Under the pieces are notes generated by a model, which saw only the letters and a program-made list of their open reading frames with translations, was not told where the DNA came from and did no database searches. A DNA stretch of 64,000 bases from a virus. The stretch spans positions 29,015-93,014 of the IMG/VR virus record IMGVR_UViG_3300008121_000001; one strand, written 5' to 3'. How positions within the stretch are numbered: position 1 is the first letter of the stretch; the number at the start of each line of letters is the position of its first letter. A program made the translations under genes and the position numbers. Positions 9,436 through 18,932 of this stretch are shown here, in pieces.

Positions 9436-10440
9436 ATGCCTAGAAAATCTACAATTGAAGAAGTTATTTGTAAAGCAAACCAAGTTCACAATAACTTTTA
9501 TAATTATGAAAAATTTGAATACATCTCAAACTCTACTAAGAGTATAATCACTTGCCCTTTACATGGTAATTTCACTCAGCAGGTGGATAGTCATCTTCGA
9601 GGTAGAGGATGTCCTACTTGTGGTCAGATTAAAGGTACTTTGGCAATAACGGAAACTACTGAAGGTTTTAAATCTAAACTATTAAACAAACACAATAATA
9701 AATTAGATTTTAATGTCGTTGGAGATTATGTTAATTCTCATACTCTTATAATGTTAGAAAAAGACGGTTTTCTTTATAAAATGATGCCCTCCACCTTATT
9801 AGAGGGGGCAAAACCCTCTTTAATAAGTTGTATAGAAAAAGACAAATTCATAATCTCTAAATTCAGGGGAATCCACAAAGAACGTTATTTGTACGATAAA
9901 GTTAAATATAAAAGTTACCACGATTTAGTAACTATAACGTGTAAAATGCATGGAGACTTTAATCAGAAAGTCTATATACACTTAGACGGTAGTGGATGCC
10001 CAAGTTGCGCTCAAGAAAATAGGCAAGGTTGGAACGCAACTTCATGGGGATTATCTGGTAGTAATTCTTCAAATTTTAAAAATTTTACTTTATACATAGT
10101 AGAGTTTTACAACCACAGGGAAAGATTTCTGAAAATAGGTATTACTTACAAGGATATTAAAAGTAGGTTGGAAACTATACCTTATAGATACAAAGAGTTG
10201 TTTAGTCTAACTTCAGAAAGTCCTGAACAAATAATGACTTTAGAAGGAAAACTTCATAAGCATTATAATAAGCGCAAGTATAAGCCAGCAACATCTTTTG
10301 CGGGTATGCATGAGTGTTTTGATATATCTTTAGATATAGGTGAAGTAATTTCTTATTTATCTACTCAAACCAATTTAGTAATACCTCTACCGACAGATGA
10401 CAACCCCAAGCTCTTCCGACATAATACCCACATCAACTAA
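9436..10440 (+). CDS. homing endonuclease (DUF723-type repeats plus GIY-YIG-like C-terminus)
   Basis: ITCPLHGNFTQ..HLRGRGCPTC repeats; LYIVE..LKIGIT..GMHECF; paralog of 2526..3344. Confidence 0.8.
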   Translation: MPRKSTIEEVICKANQVHNNFYNYEKFEYISNSTKSIITCPLHGNFTQQVDSHLRGRGCPTCGQIKGTLAITETTEGFKSKLLNKHNNKLDFNVVGDYVNSHTLIMLEKDGFLYKMMPSTLLEGAKPSLISCIEKDKFIISKFRGIHKERYLYDKVKYKSYHDLVTITCKMHGDFNQKVYIHLDGSGCPSCAQENRQGWNATSWGLSGSNSSNFKNFTLYIVEFYNHRERFLKIGITYKDIKSRLETIPYRYKELFSLTSESPEQIMTLEGKLHKHYNKRKYKPATSFAGMHECFDISLDIGEVISYLSTQTNLVIPLPTDDNPKLFRHNTHIN

Positions 10441-10746
10441 GTGACACACATGACCAACCAATTCCTAACTGAAGCCAAACGAATCCTTTCCGAGTTTGTA
10501 TCTGAAACTCGCGAATCTCTTCATTACGTTAAAACCGAACTTCTCCGCCAGTACCACCTCTCAATCATCAAGGAAATCAAGGAAACGTATCCCACAACTT
10601 ACCCATACATCGATACGGTCTACAAGATTGTTGACAGACTAGCCCAAGATGAAGACTGTCCCGATTTCGTCGAAGCACCTGAGTTTGAATCCGACGACGG
10701 ACTCAACGAACCTGACTACCCCTATGATAAGGAGCCAAGCGCATGA
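10441..10746 (+). CDS. hypothetical protein
   Basis: Coupled ORF with acidic tail. Confidence 0.6.
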   Translation: MTHMTNQFLTEAKRILSEFVSETRESLHYVKTELLRQYHLSIIKEIKETYPTTYPYIDTVYKIVDRLAQDEDCPDFVEAPEFESDDGLNEPDYPYDKEPSA

Positions 10747-10982
10747 ATCCAGAAGTAATCCAAGTGTTTTACATCTACCCTGAAGGCTGCGAAGACCTGT
10801 ATCGCTATGCAGTTATTGGTGAACTCCGCGATGTTGGTACTAATGGTGTCACTATCGACTTTGAGGAACGCGCAAGTGTAGACGAGCCTTATAAGACTCA
10901 ACAAACAATCTCATTTACGGTAGAAGAAGCTCAGGCACTACAAAAAAGTGTCGGACTAATTCTTAAGCAATTTAAGTGCTAG
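10743..10982 (+). CDS. hypothetical protein
   Basis: ATGA overlap with upstream ORF. Confidence 0.65.
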   Translation: MNPEVIQVFYIYPEGCEDLYRYAVIGELRDVGTNGVTIDFEERASVDEPYKTQQTISFTVEEAQALQKSVGLILKQFKC

Positions 10983-11395
10983 TAGGGAGGCTCTTGTTCA
11001 GGCTGAGGCTTCTGAGGCATAAGTCCCCCTAGTGTAGGGAGTAGCATCGATGCTGTAACTGCCGCACCACCAAGTCCAGCAACCTTACCACCCCAACGCT
11101 TAGCTGTATTGCCAATCTTGCCCATAGTTCCAGCAGCTTGATTAGCGTTAGTTCCTTTAACAAAGGCTTGATTATAGTTTTGGCGATTCTGTGCATATAA
11201 GTCAGCCGCATTACCGCCAGCAGCTACTTGCTTTTGTATAACTGGTACATTTACATTTTGATTTCTTTTTCTGACAGCTTGCCCAGCAGCTTTTACTCTG
11301 TTAAACTCTTCTGGGTCATTTTGTCTAAGATAGTTAAGACTATCAGCAGTTTTTTGTTGCTCTGGACTAAGTGCAAAATTGGCAAAGTGTTGCAT
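10979..11395 (-). CDS. Ala/Gly/Gln-rich protein with N-terminal HFANF motif (candidate internal virion protein)
   Basis: MQHFANFA start; own TGGTAGAAT extended -10 upstream. Confidence 0.7.
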   Translation of the reverse strand: MQHFANFALSPEQQKTADSLNYLRQNDPEEFNRVKAAGQAVRKRNQNVNVPVIQKQVAAGGNAADLYAQNRQNYNQAFVKGTNANQAAGTMGKIGNTAKRWGGKVAGLGGAAVTASMLLPTLGGLMPQKPQPEQEPPY

Positions 11396-11446
11396 TTTCT
11401 CTTTTCTGTGTTATCATTTACAACAATTCTACCACCTGATAAACCT

Positions 11447-11716
11447 ATGTCATTAGAACTACCCGACCAACCTGAATCTAAGCTCGATTTTTCAATGCTC
11501 AGCAAGCGTATTGCTGAAGTAAAAGACGCAGACGCTACAATGAGCCAAAAACAGCTTGCCAAAGCATTTGTCAACAACACTATAATCCCTATCCTCAACA
11601 ATAAAGATATCTACCAGATGCTTCAGAACCCTAACTTTGTAGAGCAATTATCTGGTCTTCTTACTGGTTTTCTTCTTACAGCGCCTAAAGTTGCACCTCC
11701 TAAGCCTAATGAGTAA
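11447..11716 (+). CDS. hypothetical protein
   Basis: ATG at 11447 (MSLELPD), divergent from 11395. Confidence 0.65.
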   Translation: MSLELPDQPESKLDFSMLSKRIAEVKDADATMSQKQLAKAFVNNTIIPILNNKDIYQMLQNPNFVEQLSGLLTGFLLTAPKVAPPKPNE

Positions 11717-11915
11717 AATAATCTGCTCATATCGCGGCACACCGATGAAATCGACAGTCGGGCTACCAATTGGTGTTCGGCTGTTTCCTTCAGATGCAAA
11801 CTACCCATACAATCGTGTAGAAATTGAAACTAAAACGCAGTTGACACCTGAGCAAGAGCGTAAGTTGTTTAAAATACTTGGAGAATGGTTCTTAGAATTA
11901 AAGAGGGAGGCATAA
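11709..11915 (+). CDS. hypothetical protein
   Basis: ATG at 11709, coupled. Confidence 0.55.
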   Translation: MSKIICSYRGTPMKSTVGLPIGVRLFPSDANYPYNRVEIETKTQLTPEQERKLFKILGEWFLELKREA

Positions 11916-11916
11916 A

Positions 11917-12219
11917 TTGGACAAAGAAATTCATAATTACATCTGTTCCCTTGGGTTTCAGCTTACCGATGGGGAAACATTTGAAACTTGGAAAGCCCAT
12001 AACTTAGAGTACCCCTACGAAAGTACTTCTGACAATGTTGAATTTCTTTACGACGACTGGAAAAACAATCACTCGTTAGAATGCGCTATACCTCATGGAG
12101 GAGGCGGAGTTATAACCCATTGGCTTGACAATGTTTATGAATTGCCCAACGTACTCCAACTTATTAGGTTGCAAATTGAGGTTTTAAAAAAGCATTTGAA
12201 ATCCTCACACCTTGATTGA
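11917..12219 (+). CDS. hypothetical protein
   Basis: TTG-start ORF directly after previous stop. Confidence 0.6.
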   Translation: MDKEIHNYICSLGFQLTDGETFETWKAHNLEYPYESTSDNVEFLYDDWKNNHSLECAIPHGGGGVITHWLDNVYELPNVLQLIRLQIEVLKKHLKSSHLD

Positions 12220-12244
12220 TTTAAAGAAGCTTCGATGCTAAAAT
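12216..12244 (+). promoter_or_regulatory. sigma70-type promoter for nrdJ
   Basis: TTGATT-17 nt-TAAAAT with TG extension, 28 nt before ATG. Confidence 0.6.
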
Positions 12245-12272
12245 AGATAAACCAAAACGACAAAAAGATATA

Positions 12273-14408
12273 ATGCAAGTACTTGAATTTGGCTCTGACA
12301 CAGACCAGCAATACATTTCAATTGTAAAACCAAAGCTCCTCACCCGAAATTTTCTTTCAAAATACATCGATAAACAGCCTCCTTTTGGGCAACTTGGCTT
12401 GATTGTATATCTACGGACTTACTCTCGATTCATCCATCAACTAAAGCGCCGAGAAAAGTGGTGGGAAACTTGTCTTCGTGTTGTTGAATACTCACTCTCT
12501 CTTCTGCCAGACAAACCTCGCAAACCATCTTACTTTACTCAAGAAAAGCAGAAAGAAGAAGCTGAAGCTCTATTTGATACTCTATTCAATTTGCGTGGAT
12601 TTACGTCTGGCAGAACTCTTTTTGTAGGTGGTTCGGAAGCTTCAAGATTATATCCTTCTAGCAACTTCAACTGTAGCTACTGTAACGTAGATAGTTTGAA
12701 GAGTTTCACAGACGCAATGTATCTTCTTCTACTTGGTTGTGGTGTTGGCTACAGTGTAGAATCTAAGCACGTATCCAAACTTCCTCGATTTAATAGAGAA
12801 GTTTTGTTACAATTCGAGCCTTATGCTGGCAAGCCTAATGTTTTTCGCAAAGTAGACACAGAAGTTGTTGGCGACTCTAATTCTAACTATGAAATCACAG
12901 TTGGCGATTCTAAAGAGGGTTGGGTCACTGCTTTGCAGGAATTTCTTTGGTTACACTCCAGTCAAGATACCAAGACAATCACTTTGAATTTTGATAGTGT
13001 AAGACCAGAGGGTGAGCGCCTAAAAACATTCGGAGGTCGTGCTTCTGGCTACATTCCTCTTCAGACTATGTTTGAAGAAATCCATGACCGCATTATCTCT
13101 ACTGATAATGGTGTAATTGATTCTGTGACTGCAATGGACATCATGAACTCGATTGCTAAGGCGATTGTAGTTGGTGGAGTGCGTCGAAGTTCTCAGATTG
13201 CATTTGGTGATGTTGATGATGCTAATTTCCGCGATGCCAAGAAAGATTTGTGGTCGAATCCAGAAAAAGCCAAGTACAGCACGACTAGAGTTCTATCAAA
13301 CAACTCGGTACATCTTTGGGAAAAGCCTAGTTACGATAGACTTAAAGAACTTTTCGAGACTATCAAGAATAATGGCGAACCTGCACTTTCTATTGCTGGT
13401 AACGCATCTCTAAGACGCGAAAACTATTTTGGCAGTAACCCTTGCCATGAGATTCTGCTAGACAATTTAGGTGTTTGTAATCTAACGACACAAAACTTGC
13501 TTAGTTTTGTAGACGAGTTTGGAAATTTTCTATTCGATGCTGCAATTAAGGCTATCAAGTTACTTACAAGAGTTGGTTCCCGTATCACTCTTGTAGATAT
13601 GTGGGACAAAGATTGGGATTACATTCAAAAGCGTGACCGACTTCTTGGTGTGAGTCTTACAGGTATTGTAGAGGCATATAACGCCCTTAACGACACTGAA
13701 AAGCTGAATTGGGAGTATTACATCACAGAACTCCACAAAGCCGCTAGAACCGAAGCAGACCTCTACCACGACGCTCTTGGAATCCCCCGCAGCTATCTAG
13801 TGACGACACTCAAGCCTGAAGGGACATTATCACAACTACCAACAGTCTCCTCTGGTGTCCATGCACCGTATGCCCCTTACTATACTCGTAGAATCCGTAT
13901 TAGTAAGCGCGACCCTATTGCTAACGCTCTTTTAGATTTAGGTCTTGTACCTGTACCTGAGAATGGTCAAGGAAACGATATTCATGCAGACGAGTGTAAT
14001 ACTTGGGTATTCTCTTTTTCTGTTAAGACGAAGGCACAAATCAGGTCAATCGATGAATCTGCAATTGAGCAACTTGAGCGTTATAAGTTCTTCATGAAAA
14101 ATTGGGCTGAACATACTGTTTCCGTTACCATCACAGTTGCAGAAAATGAATGGGATGGGGTTGTTGACTGGGTTTGGCAAAATTGGGAATATTGTATTGG
14201 CATTGCTTTCTTACCTAGATTTGACCCAGCCGAACTTGATTCCCCTTACCCAAATATGCCTTACGAGTCTTCAACCGAAGCAGATTACCGACCACTTGAA
14301 ATATCCGAATCGCAATTAGTCTCTCTCATTTCTAAGTATGAAACTGAGTACGAAGAATATGAACTAGATGCGTCTTGCGGAGGATTAACAGCTTGCCCCG
14401 TTCGTTGA
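12273..14408 (+). CDS. nrdJ: class II (adenosylcobalamin-dependent) ribonucleotide reductase
   Basis: YLRTYSR, SGRTL, FNC, GCGVG, KTFGGRASG, GGVRRSS, SNPCHE, CNL, KPEGT, C-terminal CGGLTACPVR. Confidence 0.95.
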   Translation: MQVLEFGSDTDQQYISIVKPKLLTRNFLSKYIDKQPPFGQLGLIVYLRTYSRFIHQLKRREKWWETCLRVVEYSLSLLPDKPRKPSYFTQEKQKEEAEALFDTLFNLRGFTSGRTLFVGGSEASRLYPSSNFNCSYCNVDSLKSFTDAMYLLLLGCGVGYSVESKHVSKLPRFNREVLLQFEPYAGKPNVFRKVDTEVVGDSNSNYEITVGDSKEGWVTALQEFLWLHSSQDTKTITLNFDSVRPEGERLKTFGGRASGYIPLQTMFEEIHDRIISTDNGVIDSVTAMDIMNSIAKAIVVGGVRRSSQIAFGDVDDANFRDAKKDLWSNPEKAKYSTTRVLSNNSVHLWEKPSYDRLKELFETIKNNGEPALSIAGNASLRRENYFGSNPCHEILLDNLGVCNLTTQNLLSFVDEFGNFLFDAAIKAIKLLTRVGSRITLVDMWDKDWDYIQKRDRLLGVSLTGIVEAYNALNDTEKLNWEYYITELHKAARTEADLYHDALGIPRSYLVTTLKPEGTLSQLPTVSSGVHAPYAPYYTRRIRISKRDPIANALLDLGLVPVPENGQGNDIHADECNTWVFSFSVKTKAQIRSIDESAIEQLERYKFFMKNWAEHTVSVTITVAENEWDGVVDWVWQNWEYCIGIAFLPRFDPAELDSPYPNMPYESSTEADYRPLEISESQLVSLISKYETEYEEYELDASCGGLTACPVR

Positions 14409-14439
14409 TACAATACACACAACAACTGAGAAAGACATC

Positions 14440-15024
14440 ATGACTATAAGACTCACCGCTAAAACTTTTGGTAGGGGGTCTTTAGGATACACACAGGCTC
14501 ATCAAAACAATGGTAAGCCTGTATTTGTCCGAAAAGACCACATCTCTTGCACAACTTATGCACATATCGACCTTGTTAATGCAGCTATCGGTAAAGTAAA
14601 ATCTACTCTCACCGAGACTAGCAAGACATGGAAGACGCTCGATAAATTGCAAGATGCTATGTTCAATATAGGCTCAATGATTTTCGATACTAAGTATGCC
14701 ACTTATGAAGTAAATCTAAAGAATCTCATCTCTCGCATGGAGTCCAGAACTAGTGCTGTAAATACGACCCTAGAAGCGACTGAATTTGTTAAGTATGGAC
14801 TAGACCCTATTCATGCTGATTGGGGTACGTTAACTACTCAAACAAGACTTGCAGAGACTGTTTTTGTATCTTGGGTTCATACAAGCACTTTGGACGAAGA
14901 AACACTGACTCAGTATCAGTATGTTTTAGATTTGCTTAATACAATGTCCAAGTGGACTTTTGCAGAAAGTAGAGCTTATGCAGCTTCAAAACAACTTAAA
15001 GAAAAGACTTGGGATAGTAAATAA
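14440..15024 (+). CDS. divergent PduO-type cob(I)alamin adenosyltransferase-like protein
   Basis: GRGSLGYT~TGDKGTT; VRKDH..YAHIDLVNAAIG~VSKD..YGTVDELNSAIG; LQDAMFNIGS; TRLAET~RRAER; LNTMSKWTF..R~LNRLSD.LF..R. Confidence 0.7.
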   Translation: MTIRLTAKTFGRGSLGYTQAHQNNGKPVFVRKDHISCTTYAHIDLVNAAIGKVKSTLTETSKTWKTLDKLQDAMFNIGSMIFDTKYATYEVNLKNLISRMESRTSAVNTTLEATEFVKYGLDPIHADWGTLTTQTRLAETVFVSWVHTSTLDEETLTQYQYVLDLLNTMSKWTFAESRAYAASKQLKEKTWDSK

Positions 15025-15062
15025 GTATGGTAAACTATAGTTAAATAATTCAATAACTATAA

Positions 15063-15995
15063 ATGCCTAGGCACATCTGGAGTTCGCAAGAATTAGCTAT
15101 TTTAGAAAACAACAGAGAAAAGAAAAATTTTTCTGAACTCTCCACCCTGTTAAATCGTTCTGAGAAAGCTATACAACTTAAACTATGCAAACTGAAAAAA
15201 CATTGTAAACGTAAGACACGTCCCAAGTTAAAACTACCCAGTAATACAGAAGAGTTATTAAAAGAAAAATATCTGACACATTCTCTATTAGAACTAGCAT
15301 CTTTACTTGGGGTAAGTGTTAGTACTGTAAGCTCCACTATGCGAAGTTTAGGTCTTACCAAAACAAAGAGTTTGAATAATTCTTTTTTTAACTCAGAGAA
15401 TTTGCTGAGTTGTTATTGGGCAGGGTTTCTGGCAGCCGATGGTTGTGTTAGAAAACAAAAAAAGTCTAATGGTCGAGAATTATCTGTATCTTTACAGGAG
15501 AAAGATATAAATCAAATCATCCAGTTAAAAAAGGACATCGAAGCTTACGACTTTGATTTGGTATATAGCCAGCGAGGACACAGCAAAACTGGCAAAATGA
15601 CTGGACAATATGCACTATACCTAACTATATCAAAACATTGTTTTGAAGATTTAGCTAATAACTTTTCTATAGTTCCAGTAAAATCTTTAACCCTACTCCC
15701 CCCAAAAATCAGTAATCATCAAAATAAGTTAGCTTTTATAAAAGGTTACATAGATGGTGATGGGTGTATAATCAAACACAAGAATAGCTCTTATGTCGGG
15801 GTATCTTGTTTAGGGACTTTTGAGTTGTTGTCTTGGGTAGCTGAAACCTTAAACTTAACCACCGCCCCTTTAAAAAAAGATAAAAACAATGACAAAAACA
15901 CGTTTCGTTTGAATATCAAAAATTCTGTGGCAAAAACAGTAAAAAACTCCATCTCGTACAGGGGTTTAGAAAGAAAATGGGATAAAATTAACTAA
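15063..15995 (+). CDS. LAGLIDADG homing endonuclease with N-terminal HTH
   Basis: YWAGFLAADGC and FIKGYIDGDGC. Confidence 0.88.
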   Translation: MPRHIWSSQELAILENNREKKNFSELSTLLNRSEKAIQLKLCKLKKHCKRKTRPKLKLPSNTEELLKEKYLTHSLLELASLLGVSVSTVSSTMRSLGLTKTKSLNNSFFNSENLLSCYWAGFLAADGCVRKQKKSNGRELSVSLQEKDINQIIQLKKDIEAYDFDLVYSQRGHSKTGKMTGQYALYLTISKHCFEDLANNFSIVPVKSLTLLPPKISNHQNKLAFIKGYIDGDGCIIKHKNSSYVGVSCLGTFELLSWVAETLNLTTAPLKKDKNNDKNTFRLNIKNSVAKTVKNSISYRGLERKWDKIN

Positions 15996-16013
15996 ATACC
16001 CATATGTACAACT

Positions 16014-16043
16014 GAAGAGGGATGCCATTGTCCCTCTTTTTTA
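16014..16043 (+). terminator. intrinsic terminator
   Basis: AAGAGGGA-8 nt-TCCCTCTT followed by T tract. Confidence 0.7.
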
Positions 16044-16057
16044 TTTATAGTGACAAC

Positions 16058-16291
16058 ATGAAATTCTTCAACTACCGCTTCCATCAACGAGACGGTATCT
16101 CCAAAGCTAATTGGCATCCTCGCGCAATGAACAACTGGCGCAAACAAGGGCTTCCATTTATCGATTTTGGTACTCGCGTTGATTTTGGGCAGCATCACCC
16201 TGACTACAGCCAAGTACGGCTTCGAGTTGGTAATTGGCGACTGACGCTTCATTTTAATTTTGTAAATTGCGAGTTTGACACATGGAACTGA
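16058..16291 (+). CDS. hypothetical protein
   Basis: ATG at 16058 after terminator. Confidence 0.55.
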   Translation: MKFFNYRFHQRDGISKANWHPRAMNNWRKQGLPFIDFGTRVDFGQHHPDYSQVRLRVGNWRLTLHFNFVNCEFDTWN

Positions 16292-16440
16292 CACTAGAAG
16301 ACCTCAAGAAGCACGTAGAAAAATACTACGAAGTCAATGGAAAATACCCTAACAACATTCGGCTAACTAAAAAGCTGAAGACTGGCACAGGATTTCAAGC
16401 ATATTGTGCAGAAAAAGGGATTAAGGTGAATTATGTCTAG
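16282..16440 (+). CDS. small hypothetical protein (52 aa, below ORF-track cutoff)
   Basis: MELTLEDLKKHVEKYYEVNGKYP..., overlaps both neighbours. Confidence 0.55.
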   Translation: MELTLEDLKKHVEKYYEVNGKYPNNIRLTKKLKTGTGFQAYCAEKGIKVNYV

Positions 16441-16909
16441 TATTGACCCGACTAAAGATGGTAAAACTCACATCAACATCTACTCTAAAGGTAAAACACC
16501 TCTTGGCAGATTTTTAACTAACTTCGCCAAACACGAACTTGTTCTGCCTGAAGGCACATTTCAATCTCTGGAAGGGTACTGGTACTACTTAACAACCAAA
16601 GAAAAGCCGCCAGAACTCCTTACTCTTTCAGGGTTTGAGGCTAAAAAATTAGGTCAAATGCTAACTCAAGTAAAAGTACCACAAGAAGAGTTCCAAGCCA
16701 AAATCAAAAAGGCTATGGACTTAAAAATCAAATCTAGTTCTTACTGGCTAGAAGAGTTCACTAATTCGGAACTACCTTTTGTTCACTACTATGTATTCAA
16801 AGGAGTTGTGAAGGATGTTACAGACAAATACCGATGGATTATGAATCACTGGGAAGCTCGGCGCACATTACTAAAAGAGAGGCAGAAAGGAAATGCAGGT
16901 CAATCCTAA
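16433..16909 (+). CDS. NADAR-like protein (T4 gp30.3-type)
   Basis: INIYSKGKT.LGRFLTNFA; FQSLEGYWYYL; LSGFEAKKLG. Confidence 0.7.
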   Translation: MSSIDPTKDGKTHINIYSKGKTPLGRFLTNFAKHELVLPEGTFQSLEGYWYYLTTKEKPPELLTLSGFEAKKLGQMLTQVKVPQEEFQAKIKKAMDLKIKSSSYWLEEFTNSELPFVHYYVFKGVVKDVTDKYRWIMNHWEARRTLLKERQKGNAGQS

Positions 16910-17387
16910 ATTAGATGGTGTGGAGCATATTAATATTTGGGCTAAAGGCGCAACTTTCATCGGTAAATTCCTCGCCCCTCGAACTCTTTGCGAACTAAAT
17001 CTGCCCGAAGGACGATTCCTATGTGTAGCCGCCTACTGGTATCATCTAACTTGCAAAGAAGACAGCCGCCTTAACCGTGTTCACGATTGGGAAACTGAGC
17101 TTCTTGCTACCCAACTCATTGCGTTGCCTAAAAAACAGCAGCTACCCGCATCCGAACTACAAGCGAAAATCAAAAAGGCGCTCGATATCAAAATCAAGTG
17201 GAGTGAGTACTGGCAAGAAGAGTTCACCGAATCAACACTTCCTTTTCTGCATTATCATCTTGATACTGAAGGAAATGTGGTTGACGAAAGCAGGAAATAT
17301 CGGTGGTTGCTGAATCACTTAGAAGCAAGACGAAAACTATTACAACAGAGAAGAAACGATGCAAATCTTGTCAGCGAAGGCGCTTAG
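16893..17387 (+). CDS. NADAR-like paralog with degenerate active-site motif
   Basis: Clear paralog of 16433 gene (QAKIKKA.D.KIK, EEFT.S.LPF.HY, KYRW..NH.EARR); SLEG is replaced by CVAA. Confidence 0.65.
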   Translation: MQVNPKLDGVEHINIWAKGATFIGKFLAPRTLCELNLPEGRFLCVAAYWYHLTCKEDSRLNRVHDWETELLATQLIALPKKQQLPASELQAKIKKALDIKIKWSEYWQEEFTESTLPFLHYHLDTEGNVVDESRKYRWLLNHLEARRKLLQQRRNDANLVSEGA

Positions 17388-17619
17388 AGCCTTAGAAGTT
17401 TATGATGAACTATACAATGACCTTGAATATTTAATTGCATTTTTTATAACTGAACAGAAAGAAGGTCTGCGTTATGCTAAACTCCATTTCGCAGAAAAAG
17501 AGGATATCTCAGAAGAGACTAAAGCTCGTCTACGTGCTTTGGGATACACTATCAAATGGATGGATACTGCAAATGGTAGCTATTATGTTGTAAGTTGGAG
17601 CGAAGCTGATGCAGCTTGA
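17359..17619 (+). CDS. hypothetical protein
   Basis: Overlapping ORF in operon. Confidence 0.6.
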   Translation: MQILSAKALRALEVYDELYNDLEYLIAFFITEQKEGLRYAKLHFAEKEDISEETKARLRALGYTIKWMDTANGSYYVVSWSEADAA

Positions 17620-17845
17620 ATTTCGTAAATCTCCTCGCACATGGGGAAACGGTGTTGATATACAAAACTTCTTTGTTATAGAATACCGCTACACAACTTA
17701 CGGGGATATGGCTTGGTATGAACTAGAAGACTTTAATGAAAAAGTGGCTGACATTATTGTAGAAGCACTTACTAAATATCAATTACAAAATTCTGACGAA
17801 CTAGCTTGCAAATGGAGCAAAGTGACTAACAATGACGACAACTAA
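17609..17845 (+). CDS. hypothetical protein
   Basis: Overlapping ORF in operon. Confidence 0.6.
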   Translation: MQLEFRKSPRTWGNGVDIQNFFVIEYRYTTYGDMAWYELEDFNEKVADIIVEALTKYQLQNSDELACKWSKVTNNDDN

Positions 17846-18764
17846 CTACACTTCCGCCGACCTCACTTACGCTTTTTTACTACAAGACATTTTACGCCTC
17901 AACAACGTAGTCGAAACACGTAACCATTCGTGTTACTGCAATCCATTTCTCGATAACGTGACATTCGACTCTCTGCCTCTCATCACCGTTCGCAAGACAG
18001 CTTGGAAACTTGCACTGACTGAGATGGAATGGTTTATGTCTGGTAACTCTAAGTGTCCTGAGAAACTTGCTAAATGGTGGGCTGGTCAACTTAATCCTGA
18101 TGGTCATTATTTTGACGGTTATAGTTATCAGTTCAGAAACTCTTCCTATGCTTGGGATACTCAGACTGGGTATGCAATGGGTAGTCCTCTCGGAGAGTTC
18201 GACCAAATTGCTTACATTCTCGATGGACTGAAAAATCACCAACATTCTCGGCGTTTAGTTATGACATCTTGGAATACAGGCGAGATGGCTAACATTACGA
18301 AAACGAACAACAACCCTCAAACTCCGTCCTGCTGCCACAGTACAGTACTTCAGTTTTTTGTTGTCAACGGTGAGTTACATATCAAACACTACGCCAGAAG
18401 TCAAGATATGTTACTTGGTTTTCAGGCAAATATCGTACAGTACTGGGCTTTACTTACTTACTTTGCTTTCCACGCTAATCTAAAAGTTGGCTTACTCACT
18501 TGGGTATTTGGCGATGCTCATATATACAATGAAGAATCGCATCTGGAAGCTGCTAAGGAGATTATTGATTTTGGTAATCTTAATATTAGAGACTATGCTT
18601 GCGGGTTAGCTCGTTTTCCCGACCCTAAAATCGAACTGAAGTTGGTTTACAACTACTCTGGCGAACTTGACTCATTTGGCACACCTCGCTTTGCTGCTGC
18701 CGACTTCACTATTGAAGGTGAGATTCCCAAGCCGACTATATTAACCAAGCCTAAATTATTGTAA
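17832..18764 (+). CDS. thyA: thymidylate synthase
   Basis: LPLITVRK, EMEWF, YSYQFR, DQI, SRR..SWN, PSCCH, RSQD..LG..N, GDAHIY. Confidence 0.93.
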   Translation: MTTTNYTSADLTYAFLLQDILRLNNVVETRNHSCYCNPFLDNVTFDSLPLITVRKTAWKLALTEMEWFMSGNSKCPEKLAKWWAGQLNPDGHYFDGYSYQFRNSSYAWDTQTGYAMGSPLGEFDQIAYILDGLKNHQHSRRLVMTSWNTGEMANITKTNNNPQTPSCCHSTVLQFFVVNGELHIKHYARSQDMLLGFQANIVQYWALLTYFAFHANLKVGLLTWVFGDAHIYNEESHLEAAKEIIDFGNLNIRDYACGLARFPDPKIELKLVYNYSGELDSFGTPRFAAADFTIEGEIPKPTILTKPKLL

Positions 18765-18794
18765 TCTACTCCTTTAGATAGATACAATCAATAG

Positions 18795-18838
18795 TTACAT
18801 GATGTTAACTTTAAGACAGTAAACATCATGTAATTTTT
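18795..18838 (+). terminator. 12-bp perfect inverted repeat plus T tract
   Basis: TTACATGATGTT-15 nt-AACATCATGTAA-TTTTT after thyA. Confidence 0.55.
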
Positions 18839-18839
18839 C

Positions 18840-18932
18840 ATGTTAACTTTTTTAATAGCTACATTTGGTACTGCTTTTATATGTTGGCTAATTTCATTAG
18901 CTTGTGGCACTGAAGGAAATGGTAAGTCTTAA
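18840..18932 (+). CDS. 30-aa single-TM micropeptide
   Basis: MLTFLIATFGTAFICWLISLACGTEGNGKS; stop overlaps next ATG. Confidence 0.55.
   Translation: MLTFLIATFGTAFICWLISLACGTEGNGKS

Noticed and set aside
6874-14408. Inteins or group I introns in polA or nrdJ
   Set aside because: Uninterrupted frames of normal size with no intein splice motifs; endonucleases lie outside the genes
17832-18764. ThyA as a dCMP hydroxymethylase
   Set aside because: The specificity Asn after RSxD is retained (FQANIVQY), consistent with dUMP use
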